NCBI GenBank assembly: GCA_050789445.1
Contig: JAILXR010000001.1
Location: 37,009-101,008 of the forward strand
DNA: 64,000 nt
Direction of reading: 5' to 3'
DNA from: Cellvibrionaceae bacterium
GTDB taxonomy: Bacteria; Pseudomonadota; Gammaproteobacteria; Pseudomonadales; Cellvibrionaceae
Below are positions 51,860-64,000 of the stretch, piece by piece. Under the pieces are notes generated by a model. It saw only the letters and a list, made by a program, of their open reading frames with translations. It was not told the DNA's origin and did not search any database. How positions within the stretch are numbered: position 1 is the first letter of the stretch; each line of letters starts with the position of its first letter. Both the position numbers and the translations under genes were made by a program.

Positions 51860-51966
51860 GATTTGTCAGCAGGCATCCTTTTGACCAGGTTGGTTCTGGT
51901 TGGGTACTCTACTGATAACTGCCTTGTTTTCAGCCTGTGTGGGTTTGGAGGTGAGGTAAAGCCTAA

Positions 51967-52040
<74 letters not shown>

Positions 52041-52131
52041 ATCAGCTTTATGGCATAGCGTCTTTTGTTGGTTGTTTAGGGGTTGATTGGGTTTGCTCAG
52101 GTTAGGTTTTCCGGTTCCTAGATTTTTGCCG

Positions 52132-52207
<76 letters not shown>

Positions 52208-52324
52208 GTTTCGTAGCCGCGGAGGATTACTTTCGCGGTTGTGTTTTTTTAGTTGTTTTGTTTTTTTTAATGATTATTTTCGGTCAGTTAATGACCGGCT
52301 CACTTTCTTTGGAGGCTATCCGCA

Positions 52325-53518
52325 ATGGCGAAGGAAAAATTCGAACGTAATAAACCCCACGTCAACGTGGGCACGATTGGTCACGTTGACCATGGTAAAA
52401 CCACATTGACAGCAGCATTGACGCGCGTATGTGCGGAAGTGTGGGGCGGCGAAGCCGTGGCCTTTGCTGGTATCGATAACGCACCGGAAGAAAGAGAGCG
52501 TGGTATTACGATCTCAACCTCTCACGTTGAATATGATTCGCCAACACGCCACTACGCGCACGTTGACTGCCCGGGCCATGCTGACTATGTAAAAAACATG
52601 ATCACCGGTGCGGCGCAAATGGATGGTGCTATCTTGGTGTGCTCGGCCGCTGATGGTCCTATGCCGCAAACACGTGAACACATTCTTTTGTCTCGTCAGG
52701 TAGGTGTTCCTTATATCGTTGTTTTCCTCAATAAAGCTGACATGGTTGATGATGAAGAGTTGTTAGAGCTTGTTGAGATGGAAGTGCGTGAACTGCTTGA
52801 TCAATACGAGTTCCCTGGCGACGATACACCAATCATCACTGGTTCCGCTTTGATGGCGCTTGAAGGTAAAGATGACAACGGCATGGGAACAACAGCCGTT
52901 AAAACACTGGTTGAGAAGTTGGACGAATATATTCCAGAGCCAGAGCGTGCAACAGATAAGCCTTTCTTAATGCCAATCGAAGATGTGTTCTCGATTTCAG
53001 GCCGAGGAACAGTGGTTACGGGTCGTGTTGAGCGTGGCATCGTCACGGTTGGTGAAGAAATCGAAATTATTGGTATCAAAGACACCACAAAGACAACCTG
53101 TACGGGTGTTGAGATGTTCCGTAAATTACTTGACGAAGGTCGTGCAGGTGAGAACGTTGGTGTGTTATTGCGTGGTACTAAGCGAGAAGAAGTTGAGCGT
53201 GGTCAAGTATTGGCTAAGCCTGGCTCTATTACGCCGCACACGAAATTCGAAGCAGAAGTTTATGTGTTGTCAAAAGATGAGGGTGGGCGTCATACGCCAT
53301 TCTTTAAGGGCTATCGTCCGCAGTTCTATTTTAGAACAACTGACGTGACGGGTGCTTGTGAGTTACCTGAAGGTGTTGAGATGGTAATGCCTGGCGACAA
53401 TGTTTCAATGGTTGTGACTTTGATTGCGCCAATTGCAATGGAAGATGGTCTTCGTTTTGCAATCCGTGAGGGCGGACGTACTGTTGGTGCGAGTGTTGTC
53501 GCTAAAGTTGTTGAGTAA
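52325..53518 (+). CDS. tuf: translation elongation factor Tu
   Basis: 397 aa. The P-loop is [10 protein letters not shown]. Other GTPase motifs are DCPGHADY and NKAD. Canonical EF-Tu throughout. Confidence 0.97.
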   Translation: MAKEKFERNKPHVNVGTIGHVDHGKTTLTAALTRVCAEVWGGEAVAFAGIDNAPEERERGITISTSHVEYDSPTRHYAHVDCPGHADYVKNMITGAAQMDGAILVCSAADGPMPQTREHILLSRQVGVPYIVVFLNKADMVDDEELLELVEMEVRELLDQYEFPGDDTPIITGSALMALEGKDDNGMGTTAVKTLVEKLDEYIPEPERATDKPFLMPIEDVFSISGRGTVVTGRVERGIVTVGEEIEIIGIKDTTKTTCTGVEMFRKLLDEGRAGENVGVLLRGTKREEVERGQVLAKPGSITPHTKFEAEVYVLSKDEGGRHTPFFKGYRPQFYFRTTDVTGACELPEGVEMVMPGDNVSMVVTLIAPIAMEDGLRFAIREGGRTVGASVVAKVVE

Positions 53519-53611
53519 GTAATACTCTAAAAAAAGAGTGTTTTGCGTTTGGCGCCTTATGGCGCCAAACGTGCATTAAGTGGTTGTATAGTTTCAATCC
53601 GGATTTGTAGA

Positions 53612-53687
53612 AGGCCAGTAGTTCAATTGGTAGAGCACCGGTCTCCAAAACCGGGTGTTGTGGGTTCGAGTCCCTCCTGGCCTGCCA
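53612..53687 (+). tRNA. tRNA-Trp (anticodon CCA)
   Basis: aggccagtagttcaattggtagagcaccggtctCCAaaaccgggtgttgtgggttcgagtccctcctggcctgcca. Confidence 0.85.
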
Positions 53688-53776
53688 TTAATAATGCATG
53701 ATATTTTTTCGCTTGCTGTTGAAGAAAGTCTTATTTAGCAGATAATTAAAATTGAAATTAAGGTTGGCGCCCGCCA

Positions 53777-54151
53777 ATGAATGCAAAAGCAATTATTGAA
53801 GAACAAGAGTTTAAATTAGATCCTGCGAAGTGGTTGTTTGTGGTTCTTGTTGTGGCTGGTGGTATTTTTGCGAACTCTTTTTATTCGGAGTTGCCCTTAT
53901 ATTATCGTGTTCCTGCATTGCTGGTTGCCGCGCTGGTTGCCGGTTTTGTTGCTGCAAATACCGCAAAGGGTTCAGCTCTTTTAACATTGCTTCGGGAATC
54001 TGTTGTTGAGGTTCGAAAGGTTGTTTGGCCTACTCGTGCTGAAACAAATCAAACGACTTTGATTGTCGTTGTCGTTGTCTTTGTGATGGCTTTGATTCTT
54101 TGGGGTTTGGATACTTTGTTGGGCTGGATAGCCTCACTAATATTAGGATAG
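53777..54151 (+). CDS. secE: preprotein translocase subunit SecE
   Basis: 124 aa with three TM segments. The C-terminal conserved region is VRKVVWPTRAETNQTTLIVVVVV. Canonical position before nusG. Confidence 0.85.
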   Translation: MNAKAIIEEQEFKLDPAKWLFVVLVVAGGIFANSFYSELPLYYRVPALLVAALVAGFVAANTAKGSALLTLLRESVVEVRKVVWPTRAETNQTTLIVVVVVFVMALILWGLDTLLGWIASLILG

Positions 54152-54154
54152 CTG

Positions 54155-54694
54155 TTGCTCATGGCAAAACGATGGTACGTAGTACACGCTTATTCTGGCT
54201 ATGAAAAAAAAGTAGAAAACACTTTGCGTGAGCGAATCGAACTGAACGATATGCAGGATCAGTTTGGCGATATCATGGTTCCTACAGAAGAAGTTGTAGA
54301 AATGCGTGGTGGACAAAAGCGTAAAAGTGAAAGGAAATTTTTCCCTGGATATGTCCTAGTTCAGATGGAGCTCAATGACGCCACATGGCATTTGGTAAAA
54401 GATACACCACGCGTTATGGGTTTTATTGGTGGGAAGGCCGATCAGCCTGCGCCAATTACTGAAAAAGAAGCTCAAGCTATATTGCAGCGTGTTGATGATT
54501 CTGTTGAAAAGCCAAAACCCAAAACAATATTCGAGCCTGGCGAAATGGTTCGTGTTATTGATGGGCCGTTCAATGACTTTAATGGTGTTGTTGAAGAAGT
54601 GAATTATGAAAAAAGCAGGTTACAGGTCGCTGTACTTATATTTGGTCGTTCGACGCCAGTTGAGCTTGAGTTTGGTCAGGTAGAGAAGGCCTGA
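54155..54694 (+). CDS. nusG: transcription termination/antitermination factor NusG
   Basis: [17 protein letters not shown] (NGN domain) and a C-terminal KOW ([21 protein letters not shown]). Confidence 0.95.
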   Translation: MLMAKRWYVVHAYSGYEKKVENTLRERIELNDMQDQFGDIMVPTEEVVEMRGGQKRKSERKFFPGYVLVQMELNDATWHLVKDTPRVMGFIGGKADQPAPITEKEAQAILQRVDDSVEKPKPKTIFEPGEMVRVIDGPFNDFNGVVEEVNYEKSRLQVAVLIFGRSTPVELEFGQVEKA

Positions 54695-54837
54695 AGTTAT
54701 TTTAATTATCTGTGCTGTTTTTGTTTGAAGTTGCTCATTCTGTTTTACATGTGTTTTGTTAGAAAATTTGTTAACGGGGAGTCTGTGATAGCGATTTTTC
54801 GCTTGAGACGTTTGGACCCATAATTAAGGAGCCTCAA

Positions 54838-55269
54838 ATGGCTAAGAAAGTCGATGCTTATATCAAGCTTCAGGTCCCTGCTGGTAAAGCAAACCCAAGT
54901 CCCCCTGTTGGTCCTGCTTTAGGTCAACACGGCGTTAATATCATGGAGTTTTGTAAGGCGTTCAACGCTCAAACACAAAGTGTTGAGGCGGGCAGTCCAG
55001 TTCCTGTTGTGATTAGTGTATACAGTGACAGAAGCTTCACGTTCACAATGAAGACCCCGCCAGCTTCTTTTTTGTTAAAGAAAGCTGCTGGCATTAAAAG
55101 CGGAAGCGGTCGTCCTAATACTGAAAAAGTTGGTAAGGTTACACGAGCTCAGCTTGAAGAAATCGCAACCATCAAGAAGCCAGATCTTACCGCTGCTGAA
55201 ATGGAAGCCGCTGTAAGGACAATTGCGGGCAGTGCTCGTAGTGCTGGTATCGAAGTGGAGGGTGTGTAA
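54838..55269 (+). CDS. rplK: 50S ribosomal protein L11
   Basis: [44 protein letters not shown]. Confidence 0.97.
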   Translation: MAKKVDAYIKLQVPAGKANPSPPVGPALGQHGVNIMEFCKAFNAQTQSVEAGSPVPVVISVYSDRSFTFTMKTPPASFLLKKAAGIKSGSGRPNTEKVGKVTRAQLEEIATIKKPDLTAAEMEAAVRTIAGSARSAGIEVEGV

Positions 55270-55270
55270 C

Positions 55271-55966
55271 GTGGCTAAATTAACAAAACGTCAAAAACTT
55301 TTTAATGAAAGGGTAGATAGCGCTAAGCTTTACAGCATAGATGAAGCTGTGGCTTTGCTTAAAGAGCTGTCTGCCGCTAAGTTCTCTGAAACTGTTGAAA
55401 CGGCCATAAATTTGGGCGTCGACCCGCGTAAATCAGACCAAGGTGTTCGTGGTGCAACTACTCTCCCTAATGGGGCGGGTAAAGATGTTCGTGTTGCTGT
55501 TTTTGCTCAAGGTGCTAATGCTGATGCTGCTAAAGAAGCGGGAGCAGAATTAGTTGGAATGGATGACCTTGCAGACACGATCAAAGGTGGAGCCATGGAC
55601 TTTGATGTGGTTATTGCAGAACCTGCAGCCATGAGGGTTGTGGGTCAGTTGGGTCAGGTTCTCGGGCCTCGTGGTTTAATGCCAAATCCTAAGACTGGTA
55701 CCGTTACTCCTGATGTAGCAACTGCAGTTAAAAATGCGAAAGCTGGCCAAGTTCGCTATCGAACTGATAAAGGTGGAATTGTACATGGCGGCATCGGAAA
55801 AATTTCGTTTGATGCGTTAGCTATTAAACAAAATTTAGAAGCTTTGATTCTTGACCTTAAAAAAGGAAAGCCAGCAACTGCAAAAGGTGTTTACCTTAAA
55901 AAGGTTGCTTTGAGTACGACTATGGGTCCTGGCTTGTTAATAGATCAAAACAGTTTAGAAATTTAA
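55271..55966 (+). CDS. rplA: 50S ribosomal protein L1
   Basis: GTG start at 55271 (VAKLTKRQK...), 1 nt after the rplK stop. The track ORF extends upstream artificially. Confidence 0.92.
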   Translation: MAKLTKRQKLFNERVDSAKLYSIDEAVALLKELSAAKFSETVETAINLGVDPRKSDQGVRGATTLPNGAGKDVRVAVFAQGANADAAKEAGAELVGMDDLADTIKGGAMDFDVVIAEPAAMRVVGQLGQVLGPRGLMPNPKTGTVTPDVATAVKNAKAGQVRYRTDKGGIVHGGIGKISFDALAIKQNLEALILDLKKGKPATAKGVYLKKVALSTTMGPGLLIDQNSLEI

Positions 55967-56257
55967 ATTTTTGGTTGGGCTTGTTGCTTAATCGATAAAG
56001 AACTTTGTGGGTTGCAATTTTTTGCAAGCTGTCAAAGACCGTAGGAGAGGCTCTGCTTCTTAAATTGACCGATACATCTTTTTTTGTAAAGGTCGTCCTA
56101 CGCAGATGGTGAATCCCAATTCGGTATTTTTTAAATAAAATGCAGGATTTGATCACCGAAAATGTCTGATATGTTTTATTGTATTGGATATCAACGTGTG
56201 AAAATAATCTAACCATTTTATGTTGGTTTGTTTTTACCCAAATCCAGGAGAAATCTT
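55967..56257 (+). promoter_or_regulatory. rplJ leader region (expected site of the L10(L7/L12)4 autoregulatory RNA structure and the rplJL promoter)
   Basis: A 291-nt untranslated gap between rplA and rplJ. The position is conserved in the rplKAJL-rpoBC cluster. I did not verify the structure. Confidence 0.35.
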
Positions 56258-56791
56258 GTGGCATTAAGACTCGAAGACAAAAAAGCGATCGTCGCTGAAG
56301 TTAACGAGACTGCTGCTAGCGCTATGTCGTTAGTTATCGCTGATTCAAGAGGCGTTAACGTAACTGACATGACTGCTCTTAGGAAGTTGGCGCGTGAAAA
56401 TCAGGTTAGCCTACGTGTGGTTCGTAATACTTTAGCGAAGCGCGCAGTAGAGGGTACTGATTTTGAATGTGTCAAAGACGCTTTAGTTGGTCCATCAATC
56501 TTTGGTTTTTCTATGGAAGACCCAGGGGCGGCGGCCAGATTGTTCAAAGATTTTGCGAAAGCAAATGATAAATTTGAAATTAAAGCACTTTCTGTAGGCG
56601 GCAAGCTGTTAGAAGCTGGTCAGATTGACGCGCTTGCTAAGCTACCAACACGTGATCAAGCGTTGGCAAGCTTAATGAGTGTCATGATTGCTCCTGTAAC
56701 TAAGTTGGTTCGTACTTTTAACGAAGTGCCAACAAAAGTTACTCGAGTTGTCTCAGCCGTTGCTGATAAAAAACGTGATGAAGCAGCCTAG
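56258..56791 (+). CDS. rplJ: 50S ribosomal protein L10
   Basis: GTG start 56258 ([17 protein letters not shown]), preceded by the RBS aggag at 56246-56250. The track ORF start at 56228 (TTG) is an artefactual extension. Confidence 0.92.
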   Translation: MALRLEDKKAIVAEVNETAASAMSLVIADSRGVNVTDMTALRKLARENQVSLRVVRNTLAKRAVEGTDFECVKDALVGPSIFGFSMEDPGAAARLFKDFAKANDKFEIKALSVGGKLLEAGQIDALAKLPTRDQALASLMSVMIAPVTKLVRTFNEVPTKVTRVVSAVADKKRDEAA

Positions 56792-56845
56792 TTTCTAGGC
56801 TTTAAATTATATCCTTAAAATTTTAATTATCTGGAGATCTGGGTC

Positions 56846-57223
56846 ATGGCTCTATCTAAAGAAGACATCTTAAATGCAATTGCTGAAATGTCAGTAATGG
56901 ACGTTGTTGAACTTGTTGAAGCAATGGAAGAAAAGTTTGGTGTGTCAGCCGCAGCTGCTGTTGCTGTTGCTGCTCCTGCTGCTGGTGGAGACGCTGCTGC
57001 TGCCGAAGAGCAAACTGAATTCGATATTGTAATAACTTCAGCTGGCGAAAAGAAAGTAAATGCAATTAAAGCAGTTCGTAGCATCACTGGTCTTGGCTTG
57101 AAAGAAGCTAAAGAGTTAGTTGATGGCGCACCTTCTACTCTTAAGGAAGGTGTTAGCAAAGAAGAAGCTGAAGATGCTAAGAAGCAACTTGAAGAAGCAG
57201 GCGCATCTGTCGAACTTAAGTAA
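56846..57223 (+). CDS. rplL: 50S ribosomal protein L7/L12
   Basis: [33 protein letters not shown]..., with an Ala-rich hinge. The C-terminus is [15 protein letters not shown]. Confidence 0.97.
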   Translation: MALSKEDILNAIAEMSVMDVVELVEAMEEKFGVSAAAAVAVAAPAAGGDAAAAEEQTEFDIVITSAGEKKVNAIKAVRSITGLGLKEAKELVDGAPSTLKEGVSKEEAEDAKKQLEEAGASVELK

Positions 57224-57442
57224 TCCGACTACGTTGGATGCTTATTGCGCTTCGTAAAGGTCAGGGTCGATGGGTTTTTATCTGTCGGCCTTTTCCTGTT
57301 TGTGTGTATTGAATAATAACTTTTGTATTTAATGGAAATTTTATCTCGTAATTAGCCAGCTAAAACTGCTAGTTGTTTACGACATTTGATTTACACATGA
57401 ACGTAACCTTATCTGCACATATCGTGAACAAGCTGGGGAATA

Positions 57443-60400
57443 TTGATGGCTTACTCATACACTGAGAAAAAACGTATCCGCAAGGATTTTGGAAACTGGC
57501 AAGGCGTCATGGACGTTCCTTACCTACTTGCGATTCAGTTAGATTCCTATCAAAAATATACTCAGGCTAATGTTGAGCCTGACGCACGTTTGGATATTGG
57601 CCTACAAGCTGCTTTTAAATCTGTTTTCCCGATTGTTAGTTATTCTGGAAATGCTGCGCTTGAGTACGTTAGTTATGTTCTAGGCAAGCCTTCGTTTGAC
57701 GTAAGTGAGTGTATGCTCCGCGGCGCGACTTTTGCTGTTCCTCTGCGTGTAAAAGTACGGTTAATTATTTACGATAAAGAATCTGCAAATAAAGCGATTA
57801 AAGATATCAAAGAGCAAGAAGTTTACATGGGCGAAATTCCGCTTATGACAGACAACGGCACCTTTGTTATCAATGGAACTGAGCGAGTAATCGTATCTCA
57901 GTTACATCGTTCTCCAGGTGTGTTTTTTGATCATGATAAAGGCAAAACACATTCATCAGGAAAATTACTCTATTCAGCACGTGTAATCCCTTACCGAGGT
58001 TCATGGTTGGATTTTGAATTTGATCCCAAAGATCTTGTTTACGTCCGAATCGATCGTCGACGTAAACTACCGGCAACAATTTTACTTCGAGCGCTCGGTT
58101 ATGAAGCCGAAGAAATTTTGGGAATGTTTTTCGAAAATAGCACATTCCATATTAAAGCTGATGGCATAATCACTTTAGATTTAATCCCGTCGCGGATGCG
58201 CGGTGAAGTGTCATCTTTTGATATTAAAGATAAAAAAGGCAAAGTCATTGTTGAAGATGGCCGTCGCATTACTGCTCGGCATATTAGGCTCTTAGAAAAG
58301 GCCGGCATTACTCAGCTTGAGGTTCCCTCTAATTATTTGGTTGGTCGTGCTCTCGCTAAAAGTGCCATCGACACGAATACAGGTGAGATTTTAGTCGAGT
58401 GCAATACTGTTCTTACAGAAGAGGTTGTCACTCAGTTAGTTGATGCAAAAATTGAAACTATTGAAACTCTTTTCACAAACGAATTAGATCGAGGTGCATT
58501 TATCGCGGACACATTACGTGTCGATCCTACTCGTACAGAATTAGAATCTCTCGTTGAAATTTATCGTATGATGCGCCCAGGAGAGCCACCAACAAAAGAG
58601 TCTGCTGAAGCGTTATTCCAAAATTTATTTTTTAGCTCTGTTCGTTATGATCTGTCGGCTGTTGGACGTATGAAGTTCAACCGGCGTTTGGGTATTGAGG
58701 GCGAAACAGGTGAAGGAACTTTATCAAAAGAAGATATTGTTCTTGTACTGAAAACATTAGTTGAAATCAGAAACGGTAATGGCGTTGTTGATGATATCGA
58801 TCACTTAGGTAATCGACGAATTCGTTCGGTTGGTGAGATGGCTGAAAATCAATTTCGTGTTGGCCTTGTACGAGTTGAGCGTGCTGTTAAAGAGCGTTTG
58901 TCGATGGCTGAATCTGAAGGGCTTATGCCTCAAGATCTTATTAATGCGAAACCAGTTGCTGCTGCAGTTAAAGAATTTTTTGGTTCAAGTCAGCTCTCTC
59001 AGTTTATGGATCAAAATAATCCATTGTCTGAGGTTACTCATAAACGCCGTGTTTCTGCACTGGGGCCCGGTGGCCTGACTCGTGAGCGTGCTGGTTTTGA
59101 AGTGCGTGATGTACATCCAACGCATTATGGGCGTGTTTGTCCTATTGAAACTCCTGAGGGTCCAAATATTGGTTTGATTAACTCGCTTGCGACTTATGCA
59201 AGAACCAATGATTATGGATTCTTAGAAAGTCCTTATCGAAAAGTGGTGGATGGAAAAGTAACTGATCAAATTGACTACCTATCAGCAATTAACGAAGCAG
59301 GTTTTGTGATTGCACAGGCGTCAGCAGAATTAGATAAAAATGGTAAGTTGATAGAAGAGTTAGTTTCTGTTCGTCATCAAAATGAATTTACTTTAAAAGC
59401 GCCAGAAGATGTTCAGTATATGGATGTTTCTCCTCGGCAGGTTGTTTCTGTAGCTGCATCACTTATTCCATTTTTGGAGCACGATGATGCAAACCGTGCT
59501 TTAATGGGATCAAACATGCAGCGCCAAGCTGTTCCTACATTAAAGGCAGATAAGCCGTTTGTTGGAACTGGCATGGAACGAATTGTTGCGGCTGATTCGG
59601 GTGTTTGTGTTGTCGCTAAGAATGGCGGAGTCATTGAAAGTGTTGATTCTGGTCGAGTTGTTGTTCGAGTTGCTGATGACGAAGTTCAGTCTGGTGATGC
59701 TGGTGTAGATATTTATAATCTTACAAAGTACACACGATCTAACCAAAATACCTGTATTAACCAGCGCCCAATAGTTCGCACTGGTGATCGTATCGCTCGT
59801 GGAGATATTCTTGCAGATGGTCCATCAGTAGATATGGGTGAGTTGGCGTTAGGGCAAAATATGCGCATCGCATTTATGCCTTGGAATGGTTATAACTTCG
59901 AGGACTCTATTTTAGTTTCCGAGCGAGTTGTACAAGAAGATCGTTTCACGACTATTCATATTCAAGAGTTAACATGTATTGCTCGTGATACAAAACTGGG
60001 TAGTGAAGAAATCACCGCCGACATCCCCAATGTTGGTGAAGGTGCATTATCTAAATTGGACGAATCTGGTGTTGTTTATATTGGTGCTGAAGTTGGTCCT
60101 GGCGATATTTTGGTCGGCAAGGTTACTCCTAAAGGTGAAACGCAATTAACCCCAGAAGAAAAACTACTAAGAGCAATTTTTGGAGAGAAAGCGTCTGACG
60201 TAAAAGATACATCTCTTCGTGTTCCAAGTAGTACTCGCGGAACAGTTATTGATGTTCAGGTGTTTACTCGTGACGGACTTGAAAAGGATCAGCGTGCTTT
60301 AGAAATAGAAAAAGGTCAGCTGGAAGAAGTTCGTAAAGATATCAATGAAGAATATCGAATTGTCCAGACTGCTACATTTGAGCGACTCCAAAAAGCGCTG

Positions 60401-61531
60401 GTTGGAAATAAAGTTAACAGTGGTGCCGGGTTCAAAAAAGGCGCTGTTCTTTCAGAGGATGATTTAAAAGGGCTTGATAGCGATAGCTGGTTTAAGTTGC
60501 GAATGGCTGATGACGCATTGAATGAGTTGTTGGATCGTGCATCTGAGCAGTTAGTTGAGCGTCGTCGGATCGTTGATGAAAAGTTCGATGATAAAAAGAA
60601 AAAGCTATCAACCGGTGATGATTTGGCACCCGGCGTTTTGAAAATTGTTAAGGCTTACGTTGCAGTTAAAAGACGTATCCAGCCTGGCGATAAGATGGCC
60701 GGACGTCATGGAAACAAAGGTGTTATCTCGGTAATTATGCCGATTGAAGATATGCCTCATGATGAAAATGGTGAGCCGGTTGATATTGTTTTGAACCCTC
60801 TAGGTGTTCCCTCACGGATGAACGTTGGTCAAGTGTTGGAAATGCATTTGGGCATGGCTTCGAAAGGTCTTGGCGTTAAAATTGACGAGATGGTTCGCGA
60901 GCAGCGGAAAGTAGCTGAAATTCGAGATTTTCTTGAGCAAATTTACAATAAAACCGGGACCGCAAAAGATAAGGAAGATCTTAAGTCTTTTAGTGATCAA
61001 GATATTATTGATCTGGCTCAAAACCTTCGTGCTGGCGTACCAATGGCGACGCCTGTATTTGATGGAGCCAAAGAGTCAGAGATTAAAGATTTATTGCGCC
61101 TAGCAGATTTGTCGGATACTGGGCAAACCACATTGTTTGACGGTCGTACGGGCGATCAATTTACTCGTCCTGTTACCGTTGGCTATATGTACATGCTGAA
61201 GCTTAACCATTTGGTTGACGATAAAATGCATGCGCGTTCAACGGGATCATACAGTCTTGTTACACAGCAGCCTCTTGGTGGTAAAGCACAGTTTGGTGGC
61301 CAGCGCTTCGGTGAGATGGAAGTGTGGGCGCTTGAAGCATATGGTGCTGCCTATACCTTGCAGGAAATGCTTACGGTTAAATCTGATGATGTTGCCGGTC
61401 GAACCAAAATGTATAAAAACATTGTGGATGGTGATCATCGTATGGAGCCTGGTATGCCAGAATCTTTCAATGTATTAGTGAAAGAAATTCGCTCATTGGG
61501 TATTAACATCGAGCTGGAAAACGAGAAGTAA
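57443..61531 (+). CDS. rpoB: DNA-directed RNA polymerase subunit beta
   Basis: 1362 aa. [16 protein letters not shown]... Canonical RpoB motifs throughout (e.g. [30 protein letters not shown]). Confidence 0.98.
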   Translation: MMAYSYTEKKRIRKDFGNWQGVMDVPYLLAIQLDSYQKYTQANVEPDARLDIGLQAAFKSVFPIVSYSGNAALEYVSYVLGKPSFDVSECMLRGATFAVPLRVKVRLIIYDKESANKAIKDIKEQEVYMGEIPLMTDNGTFVINGTERVIVSQLHRSPGVFFDHDKGKTHSSGKLLYSARVIPYRGSWLDFEFDPKDLVYVRIDRRRKLPATILLRALGYEAEEILGMFFENSTFHIKADGIITLDLIPSRMRGEVSSFDIKDKKGKVIVEDGRRITARHIRLLEKAGITQLEVPSNYLVGRALAKSAIDTNTGEILVECNTVLTEEVVTQLVDAKIETIETLFTNELDRGAFIADTLRVDPTRTELESLVEIYRMMRPGEPPTKESAEALFQNLFFSSVRYDLSAVGRMKFNRRLGIEGETGEGTLSKEDIVLVLKTLVEIRNGNGVVDDIDHLGNRRIRSVGEMAENQFRVGLVRVERAVKERLSMAESEGLMPQDLINAKPVAAAVKEFFGSSQLSQFMDQNNPLSEVTHKRRVSALGPGGLTRERAGFEVRDVHPTHYGRVCPIETPEGPNIGLINSLATYARTNDYGFLESPYRKVVDGKVTDQIDYLSAINEAGFVIAQASAELDKNGKLIEELVSVRHQNEFTLKAPEDVQYMDVSPRQVVSVAASLIPFLEHDDANRALMGSNMQRQAVPTLKADKPFVGTGMERIVAADSGVCVVAKNGGVIESVDSGRVVVRVADDEVQSGDAGVDIYNLTKYTRSNQNTCINQRPIVRTGDRIARGDILADGPSVDMGELALGQNMRIAFMPWNGYNFEDSILVSERVVQEDRFTTIHIQELTCIARDTKLGSEEITADIPNVGEGALSKLDESGVVYIGAEVGPGDILVGKVTPKGETQLTPEEKLLRAIFGEKASDVKDTSLRVPSSTRGTVIDVQVFTRDGLEKDQRALEIEKGQLEEVRKDINEEYRIVQTATFERLQKALVGNKVNSGAGFKKGAVLSEDDLKGLDSDSWFKLRMADDALNELLDRASEQLVERRRIVDEKFDDKKKKLSTGDDLAPGVLKIVKAYVAVKRRIQPGDKMAGRHGNKGVISVIMPIEDMPHDENGEPVDIVLNPLGVPSRMNVGQVLEMHLGMASKGLGVKIDEMVREQRKVAEIRDFLEQIYNKTGTAKDKEDLKSFSDQDIIDLAQNLRAGVPMATPVFDGAKESEIKDLLRLADLSDTGQTTLFDGRTGDQFTRPVTVGYMYMLKLNHLVDDKMHARSTGSYSLVTQQPLGGKAQFGGQRFGEMEVWALEAYGAAYTLQEMLTVKSDDVAGRTKMYKNIVDGDHRMEPGMPESFNVLVKEIRSLGINIELENEK

Positions 61532-61672
61532 CCGGCGTCGTAAATTAATATTTTGTTATCCGTGGTGGGTGAATATTTTGCCCACTATGCAAGCCAACGA
61601 TAGTTGCACAGTTTTTTAATTTGATATTGTGTAATTGATACGAAGGTATAAGCATCCACTGGAGGAAAGGCC

Positions 61673-64000
61673 TTGAAAGACTTACTCAATTTACTAAAAA
61701 CACAAGGGCAGGTTGAAGAATTTGACTCTATCCGCATTGCCTTGGCGTCACCCGAAATGGTTCGCTCGTGGTCTTTTGGTGAAGTCAAAAAGCCAGAAAC
61801 AATTAACTACCGAACTTTCAAGCCAGAAAGAGAGGGGTTGTTTTGTGCCAAAATTTTTGGCCCTGTAAAAGATTACGAATGCTTGTGTGGAAAATACAAG
61901 CGAATGAAGCATCGTGGAATTATCTGTGAGAAATGTGGTGTAGAGGTTACGCTTTCAAAGGTTCGGCGTGATCGTATGGGGCACATCGAGCTAGCAAGCC
62001 CCGTTGCCCACATTTGGTTTTTAAAATCACTGCCAAGCCGTATTGGTTTATTACTTGATATGACTCTGAGAAGTATTGAGCGTGTTCTTTACTTTGAGTC
62101 ATATGTTGTTACCGATCCTGGGATGACTGCGCTAGAAAAAGGTCAGCTTCTGACTGATGAACAGTACTTCGAAGCCATGGAAGAATTCGGCGATGATTTT
62201 TCTGCAAAAATGGGCGCGGAAGCAATTCAGGATTTGATGAGTGACATTGATTTGCCCTCGGAGATTACACGTTTACGTGAAGAAATTCCTGCGACAAATA
62301 GTGAAACAAAAATCAAAAAGCTATCTAAGCGATTAAAGCTTTTAGAGGCTTTCCATAATTCAGGAAACAAACCTGAATGGATGGTGATGGAGGTGCTTCC
62401 TGTCCTTCCGCCCGATTTGCGTCCTCTTGTTCCTCTTGATGGTGGTCGTTTTGCTACTTCTGATTTGAATGACCTGTATCGTCGGGTTATTAACCGTAAC
62501 AACCGCTTGAAGCGTTTATTAGATCTTAATGCGCCAGATATTATTGTTCGAAATGAAAAACGAATGCTTCAAGAGTCTGTTGATGCGTTGCTAGACAATG
62601 GTCGTCGTGGTCGAGCAATTACAGGTTCTAATAAGCGTCCATTAAAATCGTTAGCGGATATGATTAAAGGGAAGCAAGGTCGCTTCCGTCAGAACTTACT
62701 GGGTAAACGTGTTGATTACTCCGGACGTTCGGTAATTGTTGTCGGGCCGACTTTGCGCTTGCATCAGTGTGGTCTTCCGAAAAAAATGGCATTGGAATTA
62801 TTTAAGCCATTTATATTCAGTAAATTAGAATTGCGTGGCTTGGCAACAACCATTAAAGCAGCTAAGAAAATGGTTGAGCGTCAGGAGCCTGTTGTTTGGG
62901 ATATTCTCGACGAGGTTATTCGTGAGCATCCTGTGTTATTGAACCGCGCACCAACTCTTCATAGATTGGGTATTCAAGCGTTTGAGCCAGTCTTAATCGA
63001 AGGTAAAGCGATTCAATTGCATCCTCTCGTTTGTGCGGCATATAACGCTGACTTCGATGGTGACCAAATGGCTGTGCATGTGCCATTAACTATTGAAGCT
63101 CAAATGGAAGCTCGCGCATTAATGATGTCTACAAATAACATCCTTTCTCCTGCGAGTGGTGAGCCAATTATCGTACCTTCTCAGGATGTTGTTCTTGGTT
63201 TGTATTGGATGACTCGTGAGAGGGTAAATGCTTTAGGTGAAGGCATGATTTTTTCTGATATCGCAGAAGTTTCTCGTGCGTACCAAGGAAAAATTGTTGA
63301 TCTTCAGGCGCGAATTAAAGTTCGTATTAGCGAAAAAGTAATTCGTGAAGATGGTGGAGTTGATGCGTCAACTCGTTTGGTTGATACAACTGTGGGTCGT
63401 GTGTTGCTTTGGGATATCGTTCCAGAAGGACTTCCGTTCTCAATGGTTGATCGCCCCATGGTGAAAAAAGCAATCTCTGCAGTTATTAATTCTTGTTATC
63501 GGGTGGTTGGGTTGAAGGCGACAGTTATTTTTGCTGACCAATTGATGTACACCGGTTATGAGTACTCGACTAAATCTGGTTCTTCGATCGGCGTCAATGA
63601 TTTCATTATTCCAGAAGAAAAAGCAGCCATCATTGAACAGGCTGAAGACGAAGTTTTGGAAATTGAAAAACAATTCGCCTCTGGTTTAGTGACTCAAGGT
63701 GAAAAATATAACAAGGTCATTGATATTTGGTCTCGCGCTAATGACTTAGTTGCGAAGTCGATGATGGAAGGTATTAGTACTGAAGTTGTCACAAATAAAG
63801 ATGGCAAAGAAGAGAAGCAAGACTCGTTTAACTCTGTGTTTATGTATGCTGATTCGGGTGCGCGTGGTTCTCCAGCTCAGATTCGTCAGCTAGCGGGTAT
63901 GCGTGGTTTGATGGCTCGTCCAGATGGTTCGATTATTGAAACGCCAATTACTGCTAACTTCCGTGAAGGTTTGAATGTAAACGAATACTTTATTTCTACG
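61673..64000 (+). CDS. rpoC: DNA-directed RNA polymerase subunit beta' (5' portion; continues past the window end)
   Basis: TTG start at 61673 after the RBS ggagga (61661-61666). Translation is [92 protein letters not shown] (Zn-finger), then [14 protein letters not shown]. The frame is open to nt 64000. It is absent from the ORF track because it has no stop. Confidence 0.95.
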   Translation, partial: MKDLLNLLKTQGQVEEFDSIRIALASPEMVRSWSFGEVKKPETINYRTFKPEREGLFCAKIFGPVKDYECLCGKYKRMKHRGIICEKCGVEVTLSKVRRDRMGHIELASPVAHIWFLKSLPSRIGLLLDMTLRSIERVLYFESYVVTDPGMTALEKGQLLTDEQYFEAMEEFGDDFSAKMGAEAIQDLMSDIDLPSEITRLREEIPATNSETKIKKLSKRLKLLEAFHNSGNKPEWMVMEVLPVLPPDLRPLVPLDGGRFATSDLNDLYRRVINRNNRLKRLLDLNAPDIIVRNEKRMLQESVDALLDNGRRGRAITGSNKRPLKSLADMIKGKQGRFRQNLLGKRVDYSGRSVIVVGPTLRLHQCGLPKKMALELFKPFIFSKLELRGLATTIKAAKKMVERQEPVVWDILDEVIREHPVLLNRAPTLHRLGIQAFEPVLIEGKAIQLHPLVCAAYNADFDGDQMAVHVPLTIEAQMEARALMMSTNNILSPASGEPIIVPSQDVVLGLYWMTRERVNALGEGMIFSDIAEVSRAYQGKIVDLQARIKVRISEKVIREDGGVDASTRLVDTTVGRVLLWDIVPEGLPFSMVDRPMVKKAISAVINSCYRVVGLKATVIFADQLMYTGYEYSTKSGSSIGVNDFIIPEEKAAIIEQAEDEVLEIEKQFASGLVTQGEKYNKVIDIWSRANDLVAKSMMEGISTEVVTNKDGKEEKQDSFNSVFMYADSGARGSPAQIRQLAGMRGLMARPDGSIIETPITANFREGLNVNEYFIST

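Noticed and set aside
57224-57442. Possible rplL-rpoB attenuator hairpin
   Set aside because: I could not find a convincing self-complementary stem with a T-run. It is left uncalled.

Overview
This 64-kb window comes from a low-GC marine-type gammaproteobacterium; the 16S sequence looks Oceanospirillales/Marinomonas-like, but I could not run a database search. Reading left to right on the + strand, the window contains:
(1) A fatty-acid/acyl-CoA block: a 5'-truncated Qor-type quinone oxidoreductase, a MaoC-like enoyl-CoA hydratase, a thiolase and an SDR. These are followed by a TonB-dependent receptor and a CDP-alcohol-type phosphatidylserine synthase.
(2) A complete rRNA operon: rrn P1 with boxA, 16S, tRNA-Ile(GAT), tRNA-Ala(TGC), 23S and 5S. 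It ends in a hairpin that looks bidirectional.
(3) A minus-strand two-component pair. The hybrid histidine kinase is 1,132 aa and its sensor is a complete NCS1/CodB-like permease domain plus an 8-Cys cluster. It is paired with a REC-insert-LuxR regulator. The pair lies divergent to a urea/short-chain-amide ABC transporter (urtABCDE-like), formamidase fmdA and the zinc-ribbon gene fmdB.
(4) The most unusual region is a seven-gene minus-strand operon at 24764..35070. It encodes a YjfI-like protein, a PspA/IM30 (ESCRT-III-like) protein, a YqiJ/NfeD-like membrane protein, a YqiK-type flotillin, a 1,786-aa single-AAA+ (AAA_5-like) protein with no family I recognise, a double zinc-ribbon protein and a small TerB-like protein. 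A duplicated TGTTACATGTGA motif sits in its promoter region. I propose this as a candidate membrane-remodelling or envelope-stress (possibly defence) module that has not been described.
(5) A dialkylresorcinol-type biosynthetic cluster: an ABC-2 exporter, an ACP, a ketosynthase (KS) with a Cys-less partner, a BtrH-like protein, an unknown 137-aa protein, darB, darA and a fused BC-BCCP-CT carboxylase.
(6) Conserved core genes: alr, birA, coaX, a SPOR protein, tRNA-Thr/Tyr/Gly/Thr, tuf, tRNA-Trp, secE, nusG, rplKAJL, rpoB and the 5' part of rpoC.
I saw no CRISPR array, transposase or integrase. Many track ORFs are antisense or intra-rRNA artefacts.
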